A DNA stretch of 64,000 nucleotides from an uncultured bacterium (GCA_963746775.1 CAVVCK010000002.1:139571-203570); one strand, 5' to 3'; shown: positions 1 to 10,735, counted from the stretch's first letter. The notes: generated by a model from the letters alone, not told the origin. Numbers and translations are program-made.

Positions 1-129
1 GCAAAATAAGCTATAATTAGTAAGATTTTTCTTATTTTAACTTACTGATAGAATATATTAAATGAGATAAATTTGTAGAAATTTTTAAATCTACCTTTCT
101 AGACAGGGGTGCAATTCCCCTCATCTCCA
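1..129 (+). ncRNA. ssrA: tmRNA, 3' part (5' part lies before the window)
   Basis: GAC-AGGGG-TGCAATT-CCCCT T-arm (102-121) followed by CATCTCC-A. This acceptor strand would pair with 5'-GGGGATG giving a G3.U70 Ala wobble and discriminator A. No anticodon arm upstream. Confidence 0.75.
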
Positions 130-232
130 ATACGTACGAAATTCTGTGGTTATTAATAAAAACCATATAAATTTACATAAATAGATTAGTCCGAAAAGAA
201 TTTTTCTATAACATCAGAATTTCGTACGTATT
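129..232. repeat. 18-bp perfect inverted repeat element abutting the tmRNA 3' end
   Basis: AATACGTACGAAATTCTG (129-146) / CAGAATTTCGTACGTATT (215-232), followed by CCACCA. A partial third copy GAATTTCATACGT lies at 258-270. Confidence 0.85.
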
Positions 233-316
233 CCACCATAATTCACCAGTTATCTTGGAATTTCATACGTGGTGCACCGTTGATATACCACAAAATCATC
301 AAAACAAAAATAAATA

Positions 317-574
317 ATGTTTTACTATACTTATTTAATAGAAAACAATAGGAATAATTGGTATATAGGATCAACAAATAACCTAAAAAGAAGATTTTCA
401 GAACATACTAGTGGTAAAGTATATACTACTAAAAGATTAGGAGGTAAATGGCATTTGGTATATTATGAAGCTTGTTTAAACAGAAATAATTCTAAAGCAA
501 GAGAAAAATATTTAAATACAGGAATGGGTTGGCGATATTTAAAAGCAAGATTAAAAAATTTTAGAAATAATTAA
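317..574 (+). CDS. Stand-alone GIY-YIG nuclease
   Basis: YYTYL..WYIGSTNNLKRRFSEH..LVYYE..AREKYL pattern, 85 aa. Confidence 0.85.
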   Translation: MFYYTYLIENNRNNWYIGSTNNLKRRFSEHTSGKVYTTKRLGGKWHLVYYEACLNRNNSKAREKYLNTGMGWRYLKARLKNFRNN

Positions 575-584
575 CAACAAAACA

Positions 585-1121
585 ATTTACAAAAATTTTA
601 AAAAAAACTTTAATAAGAATAGAACCTGGGTTAATGATCAAATAAGAATACCTAGAGTTCAGGTTATTGATGAAAATGGAGAACATATAGGAGAAATGGA
701 TACTCAACGCGCACTATCAATGGCTCGTGAAAAAGGATTAGATTTAGTAGAAATTGCGCCAAATGTAAAGCCACCTGTTTGTAAACTAACTGATTACGGT
801 AAATATAAATATGAACAGATGAAAAAGGGGCGCAAGCAAAAAGCTAAATCCAAAAAAGTAGAAGTAAAGGGTGTCAGAATATCACCTAGAATTTCCCAGA
901 ATGATTTAGAATTTAAAGCAAAACAAGCAGATAAATTTTTAAAAGAAGGAAATAAAGTCAGAATAGAATTAATGTTACGAGGCAGAGAAAATATGCACCG
1001 GGACCTAACTCGTGAAACTTTTGATAAGTTTATAGAAGCTATGCAAGAAGAAATAAAAGTTGAGCAGGAACCAAAAAGACAAAGACTGGGCCTAGCAATG
1101 ATAGTTACTAAAGCTAAATAA
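585..1121 (+). CDS. infC: Translation initiation factor IF-3, probable ATT start at 585
   Basis: LDLVEIAPNVKPPVCK and KVRIELMLRGRE motifs. The frame is open upstream of the ATG at 696 and encodes the conserved VNDQIR..VQVIDENG; in-frame ATT at 585 matches the known infC AUU start. Confidence 0.92.
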   Translation: MYKNFKKNFNKNRTWVNDQIRIPRVQVIDENGEHIGEMDTQRALSMAREKGLDLVEIAPNVKPPVCKLTDYGKYKYEQMKKGRKQKAKSKKVEVKGVRISPRISQNDLEFKAKQADKFLKEGNKVRIELMLRGRENMHRDLTRETFDKFIEAMQEEIKVEQEPKRQRLGLAMIVTKAK

Positions 1122-1132
1122 ATATTAATTAT

Positions 1133-1342
1133 ATGAAAAATAAACTAAAGACCAAGAAAGCAGCTGCTAAAAGAATAAGAGTATCTGGCAGTAAAAGAAA
1201 GAAAAAATATATTCAAAGAGCTTGCACGCAAGATCATTTTAATGCCCGCGATAAAGGGAAAGACACAACTGCTAAAAGATTAGATAAAACTATAACTAAA
1301 ACACTAAATAAGCATCTAAAGAGATTGTTGCCCTATAGTTAA
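1133..1342 (+). CDS. rpmI: 50S ribosomal protein L35
   Basis: KLKTKKAAAKRIRVSGS..H; lies between infC and rplT. Confidence 0.9.
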   Translation: MKNKLKTKKAAAKRIRVSGSKRKKKYIQRACTQDHFNARDKGKDTTAKRLDKTITKTLNKHLKRLLPYS

Positions 1343-1415
1343 ATTTAGATTCTAAATAGCAAATTTTAAGTAGTTTGCAATTTTTTATATTTATCAATAA
1401 TTATTATACAAATAC

Positions 1416-1763
1416 ATGACAAGAGTAAAACGTGGCGTTATGGCCAGTAAAAGAAGAAAAAATCTTTTAGAAGATACTAAAGGTTATTTGCTAGGTAGAA
1501 GTAAAAAATTTAGAGAAGCGAAACAAGCATTTTTAAAAGCTGGCTCATATGCTTACCGAGATAGAAAAGCAAAAAAAAGAACTTTTCGCCGGCTTTGGAT
1601 TACTAGAATTAATATTGCTTGCCGAGAGAGAGAAATAACTTATAGAAGTTTTATTAATTTGTTAGATAAGAAAAAAATAGAATTAGATCGTAAAATTTTA
1701 GCAGAAATCGCTGTAAATCATCCTGCTGTCTTTGATGAAATTGTAGCTGAAGTTAAGAAATAA
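1416..1763 (+). CDS. rplT: 50S ribosomal protein L20
   Basis: MTRVKRG..YAYRDRKAKKRTFRRLWITRIN..LDRKILAEIA. Confidence 0.98.
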   Translation: MTRVKRGVMASKRRKNLLEDTKGYLLGRSKKFREAKQAFLKAGSYAYRDRKAKKRTFRRLWITRINIACREREITYRSFINLLDKKKIELDRKILAEIAVNHPAVFDEIVAEVKK

Positions 1764-1884
1764 AAGTTCATTTTTTTAGAATATTCACTTATAAAATCAA
1801 GTAATTGGACATTAGATATTTGTAATTAGCTAAAATAAATCTAAAGTTACTAATGACCAATAACTATTTACTAATTACCATCCT

Positions 1885-2841
1885 ATGACCATAAAACAAA
1901 TATACGATTTAGCCATTAAGCTTGGTAAAGAGGCAGATCTTAGAGGATCAGCGCGAGTTGCTAAAAAGTTAAAAAGAATTAGGCAAAAATACGAAGATCT
2001 TAAATCAGAAGAAAAAAAAGAATTTGATCAAGAAAGACTAATTAACCCTTATTCTGATACTAGAATTCTATGTGGTGATAAAAATAATAAGATAAAAAGA
2101 GTTTTAGCTGGCATAGACATTGATTCTGCCGAAATATTATTATCCAGACAGCTAAGTAAAATCAAAGATATTCAGTTAGTTATTTCACATCATCCCAGAG
2201 GCATAGCTCTAGCCCGTCTTGATGATGTTATGGAACTTCAAGTTGATTTGCTAGAGGATTTAGGTATACCTGTTAATGTTGCTGAAAAATTAATGAAAAT
2301 AAGAATGTCTGAAGTTTTCAGAGGTATATCTGGTCTCAATCATTATCAAGTAATTGATACTGCTAATCTTTTACATGAAAATTTAATGTGTGTCCATACT
2401 GCTGCTGATAATTTAGTGGCTAATTATTTGAAAAAAATATTTAACAAAAATAAACCAGAAACAGTTGGAGAAGTTATAAAATTATTAAAAACTATCCCCG
2501 AATATGAACAAGCCTCAAAAATGGGAACAGGACCTGCTATCTTCGCCGGTAATAAAGAAAATAGATGTGGCAGAATAGCTTTCACAGAAGTAACTGGTGG
2601 AACTTCCGGCCATAAAGATATTTATGAGAAATTATCTCAAGCAGGTGTTGGAACTATTGTTGGCATGCATATGTCTGAGGAATATAAAGAAGAAGCTGAA
2701 AAAAATCATATTAACGTAGTAATTGCCGGCCATATTTCATCTGATTCTATTGGCATGAATTTATTTTTAGATGAATTAGAGAAAAAGGGCATTGAAGTTA
2801 TTACTTGCTCGGGGTTAATTAGGGTTAAGAGGTTTAAATAA
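1885..2841 (+). CDS. NIF3-like (NGG1p-interacting factor) dinuclear metal protein
   Basis: GIDID, ISHHP, HTAADN, AGHISSDSIGMN motifs. Confidence 0.8.
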   Translation: MTIKQIYDLAIKLGKEADLRGSARVAKKLKRIRQKYEDLKSEEKKEFDQERLINPYSDTRILCGDKNNKIKRVLAGIDIDSAEILLSRQLSKIKDIQLVISHHPRGIALARLDDVMELQVDLLEDLGIPVNVAEKLMKIRMSEVFRGISGLNHYQVIDTANLLHENLMCVHTAADNLVANYLKKIFNKNKPETVGEVIKLLKTIPEYEQASKMGTGPAIFAGNKENRCGRIAFTEVTGGTSGHKDIYEKLSQAGVGTIVGMHMSEEYKEEAEKNHINVVIAGHISSDSIGMNLFLDELEKKGIEVITCSGLIRVKRFK

Positions 2842-2862
2842 ATAGATTAAGTCGTTTTTTAA

Positions 2863-2898
2863 AAAAAATACTAGTTAAATATTTAACTAGTATTTTTT
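2863..2898. terminator. Bidirectional palindromic terminator
   Basis: AAAAAATACTAGTTAAAT/ATTTAACTAGTATTTTTT between convergent genes. Confidence 0.7.
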
Positions 2899-2917
2899 AT
2901 TGCTAAATTCTGAATTC

Positions 2918-5554
2918 CTATTCTTCCCCCACATAAACCCCACCTCTGAAATTTTCTCCAAAGGCAAAGAAACTAGAATTAATTGCTTTCCCATTACCTT
3001 CAAACATTCTTACCTGCGGACCACCACCATACCCTGCCCCAGTTATTATTTCTGCTAGACCATCTAAATCCACATCACTCACAGCAATATGTGCTCCTAC
3101 CTCCACTCCAGTGCCATAGGCGTTAAATTGTCCTAGAATTGTTTGATCGTTATTATATCTATATACTTTTACCCAGGCTTCACCATCTGATGCTTGAGAA
3201 GCTACTATTTCGTCCTTGCCATCTCCGTCAAAATCCCCTGCCGCTACATTGACACCACCATGAAAATTAGGATGAAAAGCAAAGAATTGTATTGGTTTTA
3301 ATTGTCCGTTTCCTTCAAATACCCTAATCTGTGGACCGCCGCCTCTACCTGCTCCAGCTATTATTTCATCCTTACCATCTTTATCGATATCACCAGCCGC
3401 CACATTAACTCCACCACGAAAATTCTTATCATAGGCAAAAAAACCAGCAGTTATTTTTTGTTTACCTAATTTATCAAATACCCTAATCTGCGGACCGCCG
3501 CCATAGCCTGCCCCAGCAATTATTTCATCTATACCATCTCCATCTAAATCTCCTAAGACTATATTTACTCCGCCACGAAAATTTTTATCATAAGCAAAAA
3601 ATCCAGGATATTTAACTGTGCCATCTTTTTTAAATATTCTAACATGAGGGCCAGCTCCATTGCCTGGTCCGGTAACAATTTCATTTTCTCCATCTCCATC
3701 TACATCACCAGATGCTACTATGACACCTGATCTAATATTTTCAGCATAGGCAAAAAAACTATTTTCTAAATTGCCCGACGTGTTAAATACTCTTACTTGC
3801 GGTCCGCCTGTTGGTCCAGCTCCAGTGATTATAGAAGGAGTACCAGCTGTAATATCAGTAGCTGTTTCTTTTGTGTTGCCTGAGCTATCCTGAACTTTAA
3901 TATTTATATCATGACTACCTTGATTTAGTCCTGATACTGTAAATTTAAAATTTTCTTCACCTGAGTTATAATTTCCATCAAGAGCTGGTACTGCCTGCCA
4001 ATCACCACTACTTAATTGATACCAAATATTTGATATTTTATTAATCGTCGTATTATTCGGATCTACACTATAATAATTATGCACACTGTCTGTATAAGGA
4101 TTAACATTTTTCATTTTACCTACTGTAGCTCTACCACTAACAGTATAAGTACCATTACTGTTTTCTTCTCTGCTGGTTATAGCTATAACAGGCTGAACAT
4201 CTAATATATCTATAATATTATCTCCATCACTATCCCTCCAGCCTATTTGTTCGGCAGCATACTTATCTAAGGAGTTTTGTTGGTAAGGATATACTCCTCC
4301 TCGCATTATGCTTAACTCATTGATAGCACAACCTCCACTATTAGAATTATATTCACTATTTTGATTAGGCGCCCCTATATAACCAGCTGTTTTAGTACAA
4401 TCTTGATTTGCTGCATAATATTGATCTAGCGCATAAAAAGTATGGCCTGTTTCATGAGCTACAATTGCTTCCATATTATTTATGCCATAAACATCATTAT
4501 CATAAGTCATAACCATAAAAGGACCTCCATAATAAGAATAAGCAAATTTACCATCCTGAAAATCACCATCAGCATCATTCTTGCTATCAGTTACAAAAAT
4601 AGTAAATCCCCAGTCTGAATTATCGTTTTTAATCATATCATTATCAAAAGCTAGAGTATTATAAAAATAATCATCGCTTTGATAATTAAAATTACTCATA
4701 ATTTGATTTATCCACAATCCTTGCTGTGCTGTACCCGTGAAAGAAGTTCTATTAATAGGCTCATAGGAAGTTTTAGCCCTATCATCTGTCCTGCCAAAAT
4801 AAGAATGATAAGTAAAGGTTAAATTGATATTCCTCTTTTTAGCTTGCTCAAACCACCAATTTAACCCGCTTTGAATCTCACTCACTACCTGAGTTTCCCT
4901 GGCAGCATCCCAATTTTCAGTTGAGGCATCATAACCCCCTATACTTTCCGGTAAAATTATAGCTACTGACACTTTGCCGGCCATGTATTCTGCTACATCA
5001 TAAAAACTGGCACCATAAGAAGATTCGCCTGGTCCACCAATATTGTTATTTCTTAAGATCTTCGGAAAAGATAGAGCATCATCATTTATTGGCTTAAAAT
5101 CATTTTCTTTTAAATCAACAGTTTGATTAAAACTTTTATTCCAAACATTAAACATCAATTGATAATCTTCACTATAGCTATTAACATCATCAATTTTATT
5201 ACTATAAATATTTTTAATTCTGCTATCATTATCTAAAATTGCTACTATTTCTTTTTGATAATCTAAAATGAATCCATTATTTTCAAATCTATGAGCTATT
5301 TTACCTTTTTTATCTTCAACTATCTTAATAATATCATTCATTTCATCTCTATTGTCTTCATTTAATACAACCAAAACATTTTTATTTAGTATAACACTAG
5401 CATTTGTATTTTTATAATTAAAAATAACTGATATAAATAAAATAAATATTATAAAAAATATAAAATATTTTAAACTAGCTGTTATTTTGTCCGCCTCTGA
5501 CGGCGGATCTGCCGATAGAGATAGATTATCTTGTTTTTTTGTTATTTTGTCCAT
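2918..5554 (-). CDS. Secreted zinc metalloprotease with Ig-like domain and C-terminal FG-GAP repeats
   Basis: N-terminal hydrophobic segment, VAHETGHTFYALDQY (HExxH), SIM Met-turn, repeated GDxDGDGxDEII.GAG.GGGPQVRVF. Confidence 0.8.
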   Translation of the reverse strand: MDKITKKQDNLSLSADPPSEADKITASLKYFIFFIIFILFISVIFNYKNTNASVILNKNVLVVLNEDNRDEMNDIIKIVEDKKGKIAHRFENNGFILDYQKEIVAILDNDSRIKNIYSNKIDDVNSYSEDYQLMFNVWNKSFNQTVDLKENDFKPINDDALSFPKILRNNNIGGPGESSYGASFYDVAEYMAGKVSVAIILPESIGGYDASTENWDAARETQVVSEIQSGLNWWFEQAKKRNINLTFTYHSYFGRTDDRAKTSYEPINRTSFTGTAQQGLWINQIMSNFNYQSDDYFYNTLAFDNDMIKNDNSDWGFTIFVTDSKNDADGDFQDGKFAYSYYGGPFMVMTYDNDVYGINNMEAIVAHETGHTFYALDQYYAANQDCTKTAGYIGAPNQNSEYNSNSGGCAINELSIMRGGVYPYQQNSLDKYAAEQIGWRDSDGDNIIDILDVQPVIAITSREENSNGTYTVSGRATVGKMKNVNPYTDSVHNYYSVDPNNTTINKISNIWYQLSSGDWQAVPALDGNYNSGEENFKFTVSGLNQGSHDINIKVQDSSGNTKETATDITAGTPSIITGAGPTGGPQVRVFNTSGNLENSFFAYAENIRSGVIVASGDVDGDGENEIVTGPGNGAGPHVRIFKKDGTVKYPGFFAYDKNFRGGVNIVLGDLDGDGIDEIIAGAGYGGGPQIRVFDKLGKQKITAGFFAYDKNFRGGVNVAAGDIDKDGKDEIIAGAGRGGGPQIRVFEGNGQLKPIQFFAFHPNFHGGVNVAAGDFDGDGKDEIVASQASDGEAWVKVYRYNNDQTILGQFNAYGTGVEVGAHIAVSDVDLDGLAEIITGAGYGGGPQVRMFEGNGKAINSSFFAFGENFRGGVYVGEE

Positions 5555-7170
5555 TATTTCATAGTTATTTCTTCTTTTTTTTCTCTTATAAAGGTAAAAA
5601 AATCCTCAGAAATTTCTATAAATGCCTTAAATGGCGCATCTATAATAAAATCTAATATAAATACAAAAATATTAATACGAGAAAAATTTAAAGAAAGCCA
5701 ACGTCCTGCTCTTAAAATTGGAATAGCCAAAAAATCAACCATAGTAGTAATAGCCCCCTCCCGCTCTCCTGCAATAATTAATTCTCTAGCTGATTCCCTG
5801 CTTCTAATTCCAAAAAAAGAAACAAGAGATAAAAATAAAATAAAAATAAATATACCCAAAGCCCCAAAACCAAATCTACTTAAAATGTAAATTATTAAAC
5901 CAAAAGAAACAGCATAAGTAATAATATAGAAAAAATTAAATAAAATATTGGAAAATATATTTCTAGTAACAGATGTTTTTATTTTTTGAGCCAAAATGTT
6001 TTCTTCTTCTTCGTATATTATTCTTCTAATATTATCTATAATATTTTCAGTATTTTTTTCCTTGGGTACTCTAATTGATAGGAGTATTAAAAACAATAAA
6101 ATAGGATGAAAAATAACATTAATAATAAGCGGTTTATAGTCAAAGGCTGATGCAAAATACATATCATAAGGTACTTCAATAGCTAGAGCTAAAAGCATTT
6201 TAGTTACAAAAATATAAATAATACTTCTAACCCCGCTGCGTTTTAACTTTGCCCTGGTATCACTATATTTTTCTTCACAGGCTTCTTTGGATTCTTCGGT
6301 TAAAGTTTTAACATTACTCAATATATCTTCAATATCTTCTCCACCTTTTTCTAAAATATCTCTTAAAATAACAAAAGAAGGCAAATATTTTTTTACCACA
6401 GTAATTAATCTACTGGACAAAGGGTGATCAATTTGATCCTCAATAGTCTGATTTAAAAATTCTATATTAGAAGCTATTTCATCTATTATTTCCCCCGAAG
6501 GACTGCCTTTCCAATGCGGATAATATAAATCTATTAGACGATAAGTGATTATTTCTCTATCAGATTTAAGAAGTGCTCTTTGAATAGCAATATATATCTG
6601 AATACTTTTTTCTTCTTTGGTTATTTTACCAGACCAAGCTATATTTTCACTCATCACTTCATACATAAAATCAGCCATAGCTTCATCTTTAACACGCGAA
6701 GCAAATATTTCTTCTATTTCGCAAGCAGCAATGCCCAATATCCAATCCATATAATCTTTTTTTTCATTTTCAGGTTTTTCGCTTTTATTGTGATAGCTAT
6801 TTAATAATAAAATATACTTATTTATTATTTTCTCAACTTTACTAATTTTATTCTCTGAAACAATTTCATTTTCTAAATATCCACCTCTGATTAATTCAAA
6901 AATCATTGGTTCTGAAATCTTTTGAGCACTGCTTTGATTTGTCAGCCTTCTTTTCAATACTCTTTTTATAGCATTTTTTCTTAAAAGATGCTCTTCTTTA
7001 TAATCAATAACGTTTCTAATTTTTTCATACAAAAAAGCAAGTTTAGAAACTGTCCTATTAACTTTTATTTTTGGCGATGCATTTTCTTTCTTGTCTTCTT
7101 TTTTTCTTTCAAAAGCTTGAATTAACTTTTCAGTAGGTTTGGTTAAAGTTCTATATTCGTCTTGTAGCAT
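5554..7170 (-). CDS. Hypothetical membrane protein (C-terminal TM helices)
   Basis: 538 aa ORF with about 4 TM segments; its stop overlaps the next start. Confidence 0.7.
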   Translation of the reverse strand: MLQDEYRTLTKPTEKLIQAFERKKEDKKENASPKIKVNRTVSKLAFLYEKIRNVIDYKEEHLLRKNAIKRVLKRRLTNQSSAQKISEPMIFELIRGGYLENEIVSENKISKVEKIINKYILLLNSYHNKSEKPENEKKDYMDWILGIAACEIEEIFASRVKDEAMADFMYEVMSENIAWSGKITKEEKSIQIYIAIQRALLKSDREIITYRLIDLYYPHWKGSPSGEIIDEIASNIEFLNQTIEDQIDHPLSSRLITVVKKYLPSFVILRDILEKGGEDIEDILSNVKTLTEESKEACEEKYSDTRAKLKRSGVRSIIYIFVTKMLLALAIEVPYDMYFASAFDYKPLIINVIFHPILLFLILLSIRVPKEKNTENIIDNIRRIIYEEEENILAQKIKTSVTRNIFSNILFNFFYIITYAVSFGLIIYILSRFGFGALGIFIFILFLSLVSFFGIRSRESARELIIAGEREGAITTMVDFLAIPILRAGRWLSLNFSRINIFVFILDFIIDAPFKAFIEISEDFFTFIREKKEEITMK

Positions 7171-7230
7171 AATTGTTTTATTGGCTATACAAATTTATTT
7201 TACTAGAAACTTTTTATAATTTCTATATTT

Positions 7231-8331
7231 TTATATATTATAAATCTTTAGATACTTATTTATAATTATACTCCAATCATAATTTTTAGCTATTAATTCT
7301 GATTTAAGAGAAAATACTTCATAATTACTAATAACATTATTCATTTTACTAACTATTTCCTCCGTATTTAATTGATCTTCTACAATATAACCATTTATGC
7401 CTGTCTGTACTATATCTGCTAATCCTGAAGCATCTTTGGTTATAACTGTACTTAAACCACTGCTTATAGCTTCCAATAGAGCTAAAGGCAAACCTTCACC
7501 TTTCGATAATAGTAGCAAACAATTTGAATTATCATAATACTTTTTTACATTGCTGCTAAAGCCAATTAGTTTTACCTGCCTTAAATTGTTTTCTTCTATA
7601 TATTCTTTAATTTTATTATACAGAGAGCCATTACCTACTATTAAAAATTCTATTTTTTTGTTACCTTTATATTGTTCTAAAAAAATTTCAAATATTTTAA
7701 CAGTTTCTAATACTCTTTTTCTCACTTCTAATCTGCCAACATATATAAATCTAAAAATATCATTATTTTTTTCCACTAATTTATATTTATTAGTATCTAC
7801 TCCATTCTCTATTATAAAAACATTTTCATTTTTAGTAAGTTTATTAATATAATTTCTAGTATTCCTGGAAACAGCAATAATTGCATCTGATCTTTTAAAA
7901 ATAAATTTTTCTAATTTTATAAATAGAGGATAAATTATATTATAAAATATTGATTCTTTTTTTGATTCTAATCTCTGCAAATATGTATTATGAACAGTAG
8001 TAATATATTTTATGCCTCTTTGTTTAAATAATAAGAATAAAAGATGATTAATACTGTTCCCATGAATAATGCTATAATTTTCTTTTCTTAATTTAAATAA
8101 ATAATAAAAATATGACCAAAATATAAATATTATAGGATTCTGTCCACTGTAATTGATTTCTTTAATTTTAAATTTATTTTTTTTTCTCTCAAGCGATTTA
8201 GTAGTTAAAACAGTTACGTTATAATTATTTTTATTAAACTCATTGGTAATGTTTTCCACAAAAATACCCTGCCCGCCACCTACCGGAGGATAATCTAGGG
8301 ATATTATTAATATTTTATCTTTATTCAACAT
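7231..8331 (-). CDS. Glycosyltransferase family 4
   Basis: DYPPVGGG, ENGVD, YVGRLEVRK, EGLPLALLEA. Confidence 0.9.
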   Translation of the reverse strand: MLNKDKILIISLDYPPVGGGQGIFVENITNEFNKNNYNVTVLTTKSLERKKNKFKIKEINYSGQNPIIFIFWSYFYYLFKLRKENYSIIHGNSINHLLFLLFKQRGIKYITTVHNTYLQRLESKKESIFYNIIYPLFIKLEKFIFKRSDAIIAVSRNTRNYINKLTKNENVFIIENGVDTNKYKLVEKNNDIFRFIYVGRLEVRKRVLETVKIFEIFLEQYKGNKKIEFLIVGNGSLYNKIKEYIEENNLRQVKLIGFSSNVKKYYDNSNCLLLLSKGEGLPLALLEAISSGLSTVITKDASGLADIVQTGINGYIVEDQLNTEEIVSKMNNVISNYEVFSLKSELIAKNYDWSIIINKYLKIYNI

Positions 8332-8460
8332 AAATTTGCTTTTATTTTAGCAAAAAATATTAATTTTATAAAGAAAAAAGAGCCTAAAATCTCTTTTCTT
8401 CTTTAAATAATTTTATTCTAAAACATTGTTACAAATCGAACATTAGAACAATTAAAACAT

Positions 8461-9225
8461 CTATAACCTTTCTTTATAAGCCTTCCAACCAGCTTCTTTA
8501 TATTTACTAGCTTCACTCAACGGATCATCCGCTTCGTATATTCCCCTACCTACTATAATCACATCACTTCCATTTTCTTTTATTACTTTTTCCGGAGTAT
8601 TGTACTGTTGACCTAGATTATCCCCTCCTTCAACTAATTTTACTCCAGGCGTAAAATTAATAAATTTAGGATCATTTAACAATTTTTTCATAGTAATAAA
8701 TCCAATAACAAAATCATTATTTTTTTCAGCCATTTTTAAAGTTTTTTCAGTATACTCTCCAGTAGCTAAATTTCCTTCTGAACTCATTTCTGCTAATAAC
8801 AGTAAACCTCTGCCTTTAGGCATACCGATTTCTTTTAGGCCATCAATAATACCTGGGCCAGATACGCTATGACAATTAATAATATCAGCCCAATCAGCTA
8901 TATGATAAATGCCTTGGGCATATTGCATCTTAACAGTATTACCAATATCAGCAAACTTTCTATCTTCAAAAATTAAGAAATTATGTTTTGCTTTTAAAAC
9001 CACTAGCTTGTCAATTAAATCTCGTGAAAAATCTTCAATAATATCAATGTGCATTTTAGCTACACAAATTTCCGGCCCAATTTTATCCAGTAATTCTAAA
9101 AGTTTTTTTCCTGAAGTAATATCAAAAGCAACAGATAGATTAGTCTTTTTTTCTTCCATCAAATTGAGAAGCTTCTTAGCAGTTGGATTGGTGCACTGCG
9201 AGGCGCGCTCTTTGTAGGTAGACAT
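8461..9225 (-). CDS. pyrF: Orotidine-5'-phosphate decarboxylase (URA3/UMPS-like subtype)
   Basis: [32 protein letters not shown]. Confidence 0.95.
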   Translation of the reverse strand: MSTYKERASQCTNPTAKKLLNLMEEKKTNLSVAFDITSGKKLLELLDKIGPEICVAKMHIDIIEDFSRDLIDKLVVLKAKHNFLIFEDRKFADIGNTVKMQYAQGIYHIADWADIINCHSVSGPGIIDGLKEIGMPKGRGLLLLAEMSSEGNLATGEYTEKTLKMAEKNNDFVIGFITMKKLLNDPKFINFTPGVKLVEGGDNLGQQYNTPEKVIKENGSDVIIVGRGIYEADDPLSEASKYKEAGWKAYKERL

Positions 9226-9236
9226 ATATTTTTATA

Positions 9237-9905
9237 TTAGATTCCATATTGCGATCTATATTCTTTAATAATTTTCATTTTCTCATCATCAATATAAATT
9301 TTTCCCTCAACTTTTTTGTTATACAAAACTTCAAATACTTCGTCTAAATCAACAATAGGATAAACTTTTGTATTAAGTTCTTTTTCTAATTTTTCGATGG
9401 CATTCTCTCCATCATTATCTTTTTCCATTCTATTTAAAGATATTAAAATACCTTTTATTTGCGGATTGCCGTTTTCTTTAAGTAATTTTACCAACTCCTT
9501 AATAGAGGTTCCGGCCGTAATTACATCATCAATAAAAACTAATTTCGTTTCACTGGTAATAGGAGCTCCAATTAGCAGATCTTTTTGGCCGTAAGTTTTT
9601 GCTTCTTTGCGATTAAAACAGTAAGATATATTCTTATTAAACTCAGTATACAAAACTGCAACAGTATTAGTAGCTAGAGGTATACCTTTGTAAGCTGGAC
9701 CATATATAACATCAGCTTCAATTTTAGAATCTATGAAAGCTTGAGCATAAAATTTTGATAAATTATGCATGGTCTCTCCAGTGTAAAAACTACCTACATT
9801 CAAAAAATAAGGGGCCGTCCGGCCACTTTTTAATTTAAAAGATCCGAATTTTAGAGCATCAGTTTTTACTAAAAATTTTATAAAGTCTTCTTTGTATTGT
9901 TTCAT
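9237..9905 (-). CDS. pyrE: Orotate phosphoribosyltransferase
   Basis: FKLKSGR..PYF, GPAYKGIP, FNRKEAK, IDDVITAG. Confidence 0.95.
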   Translation of the reverse strand: MKQYKEDFIKFLVKTDALKFGSFKLKSGRTAPYFLNVGSFYTGETMHNLSKFYAQAFIDSKIEADVIYGPAYKGIPLATNTVAVLYTEFNKNISYCFNRKEAKTYGQKDLLIGAPITSETKLVFIDDVITAGTSIKELVKLLKENGNPQIKGILISLNRMEKDNDGENAIEKLEKELNTKVYPIVDLDEVFEVLYNKKVEGKIYIDDEKMKIIKEYRSQYGI

Positions 9906-9922
9906 ATTTTTAAACCAATTTA

Positions 9923-10735
9923 CTAATAATATTTCTTAACACCTGTCTTATCTCTAAAATAATTCCCAAATTCTTTTATTTTTCTAACTCTCAACCCAGA
10001 AAAAACCGGACCTTCTTGGCAAATACAAATTCCTTCTGGATCTACGCTGCATTGGCCGCAAAGACCAAAACCGCATTTCATATAACGCTCCAAAGACACT
10101 TCACAAGAAACTTTATATTTATAACAAATATCAACTACTTTCTTCATCATAATTTCCGGTCCACAAGTATAGATTTTATTAAATTTATTTTTTTTATTAG
10201 AAAGTTTTTCTTCTAAAATGTCAGTGGTAAAACCTTTATGCCCCTCAGATCCATCATCAGTTGATATTAAACATGATCCAGGCAAGGCTCTTTTAAATAA
10301 AACATCTTTGGAAGTACTTGCTCCGGTAATAAAAGTAATTTGACATTTTTTCCTTTTTGCTTCTTCAGCCAAAAATCTTAAAGGTGCTGAACCACAGCCT
10401 CCACCTACTAAGATAATTTTAGATTTTGGTTTAATATTAAATCCTTTTCCATATGGTCCAGAAATTCCTAATTGATCGCCTACTTTCATATCGAATAATT
10501 TCTGAGTTCCATTGCCTACTTTCATTACTGATAATTCAAAACTATTTTTATTCTGTCTTGATATACTTATTGGAATTTGGTCAACTCGAGGAATCCAGAG
10601 CATTATAAATTGGCCAGGGGTAGCGCCTAAATCATAATCAAATATAAATGTTTTAATTTGCGACGTTTCTTGTTTTATTTTTTTGATTTTTAGGATAGTT
10701 GGTTTTTCTTGTTTTGTAATCATTCTATTTATCAA
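9923..10735 (-). CDS. pyrK: Dihydroorotate dehydrogenase electron-transfer subunit
   Basis: PGQFIMLW, GPYGKGF, CGPEIMM, ERYMKCGFGLCGQC..C. Confidence 0.93.
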   Translation of the reverse strand: MINRMITKQEKPTILKIKKIKQETSQIKTFIFDYDLGATPGQFIMLWIPRVDQIPISISRQNKNSFELSVMKVGNGTQKLFDMKVGDQLGISGPYGKGFNIKPKSKIILVGGGCGSAPLRFLAEEAKRKKCQITFITGASTSKDVLFKRALPGSCLISTDDGSEGHKGFTTDILEEKLSNKKNKFNKIYTCGPEIMMKKVVDICYKYKVSCEVSLERYMKCGFGLCGQCSVDPEGICICQEGPVFSGLRVRKIKEFGNYFRDKTGVKKYY

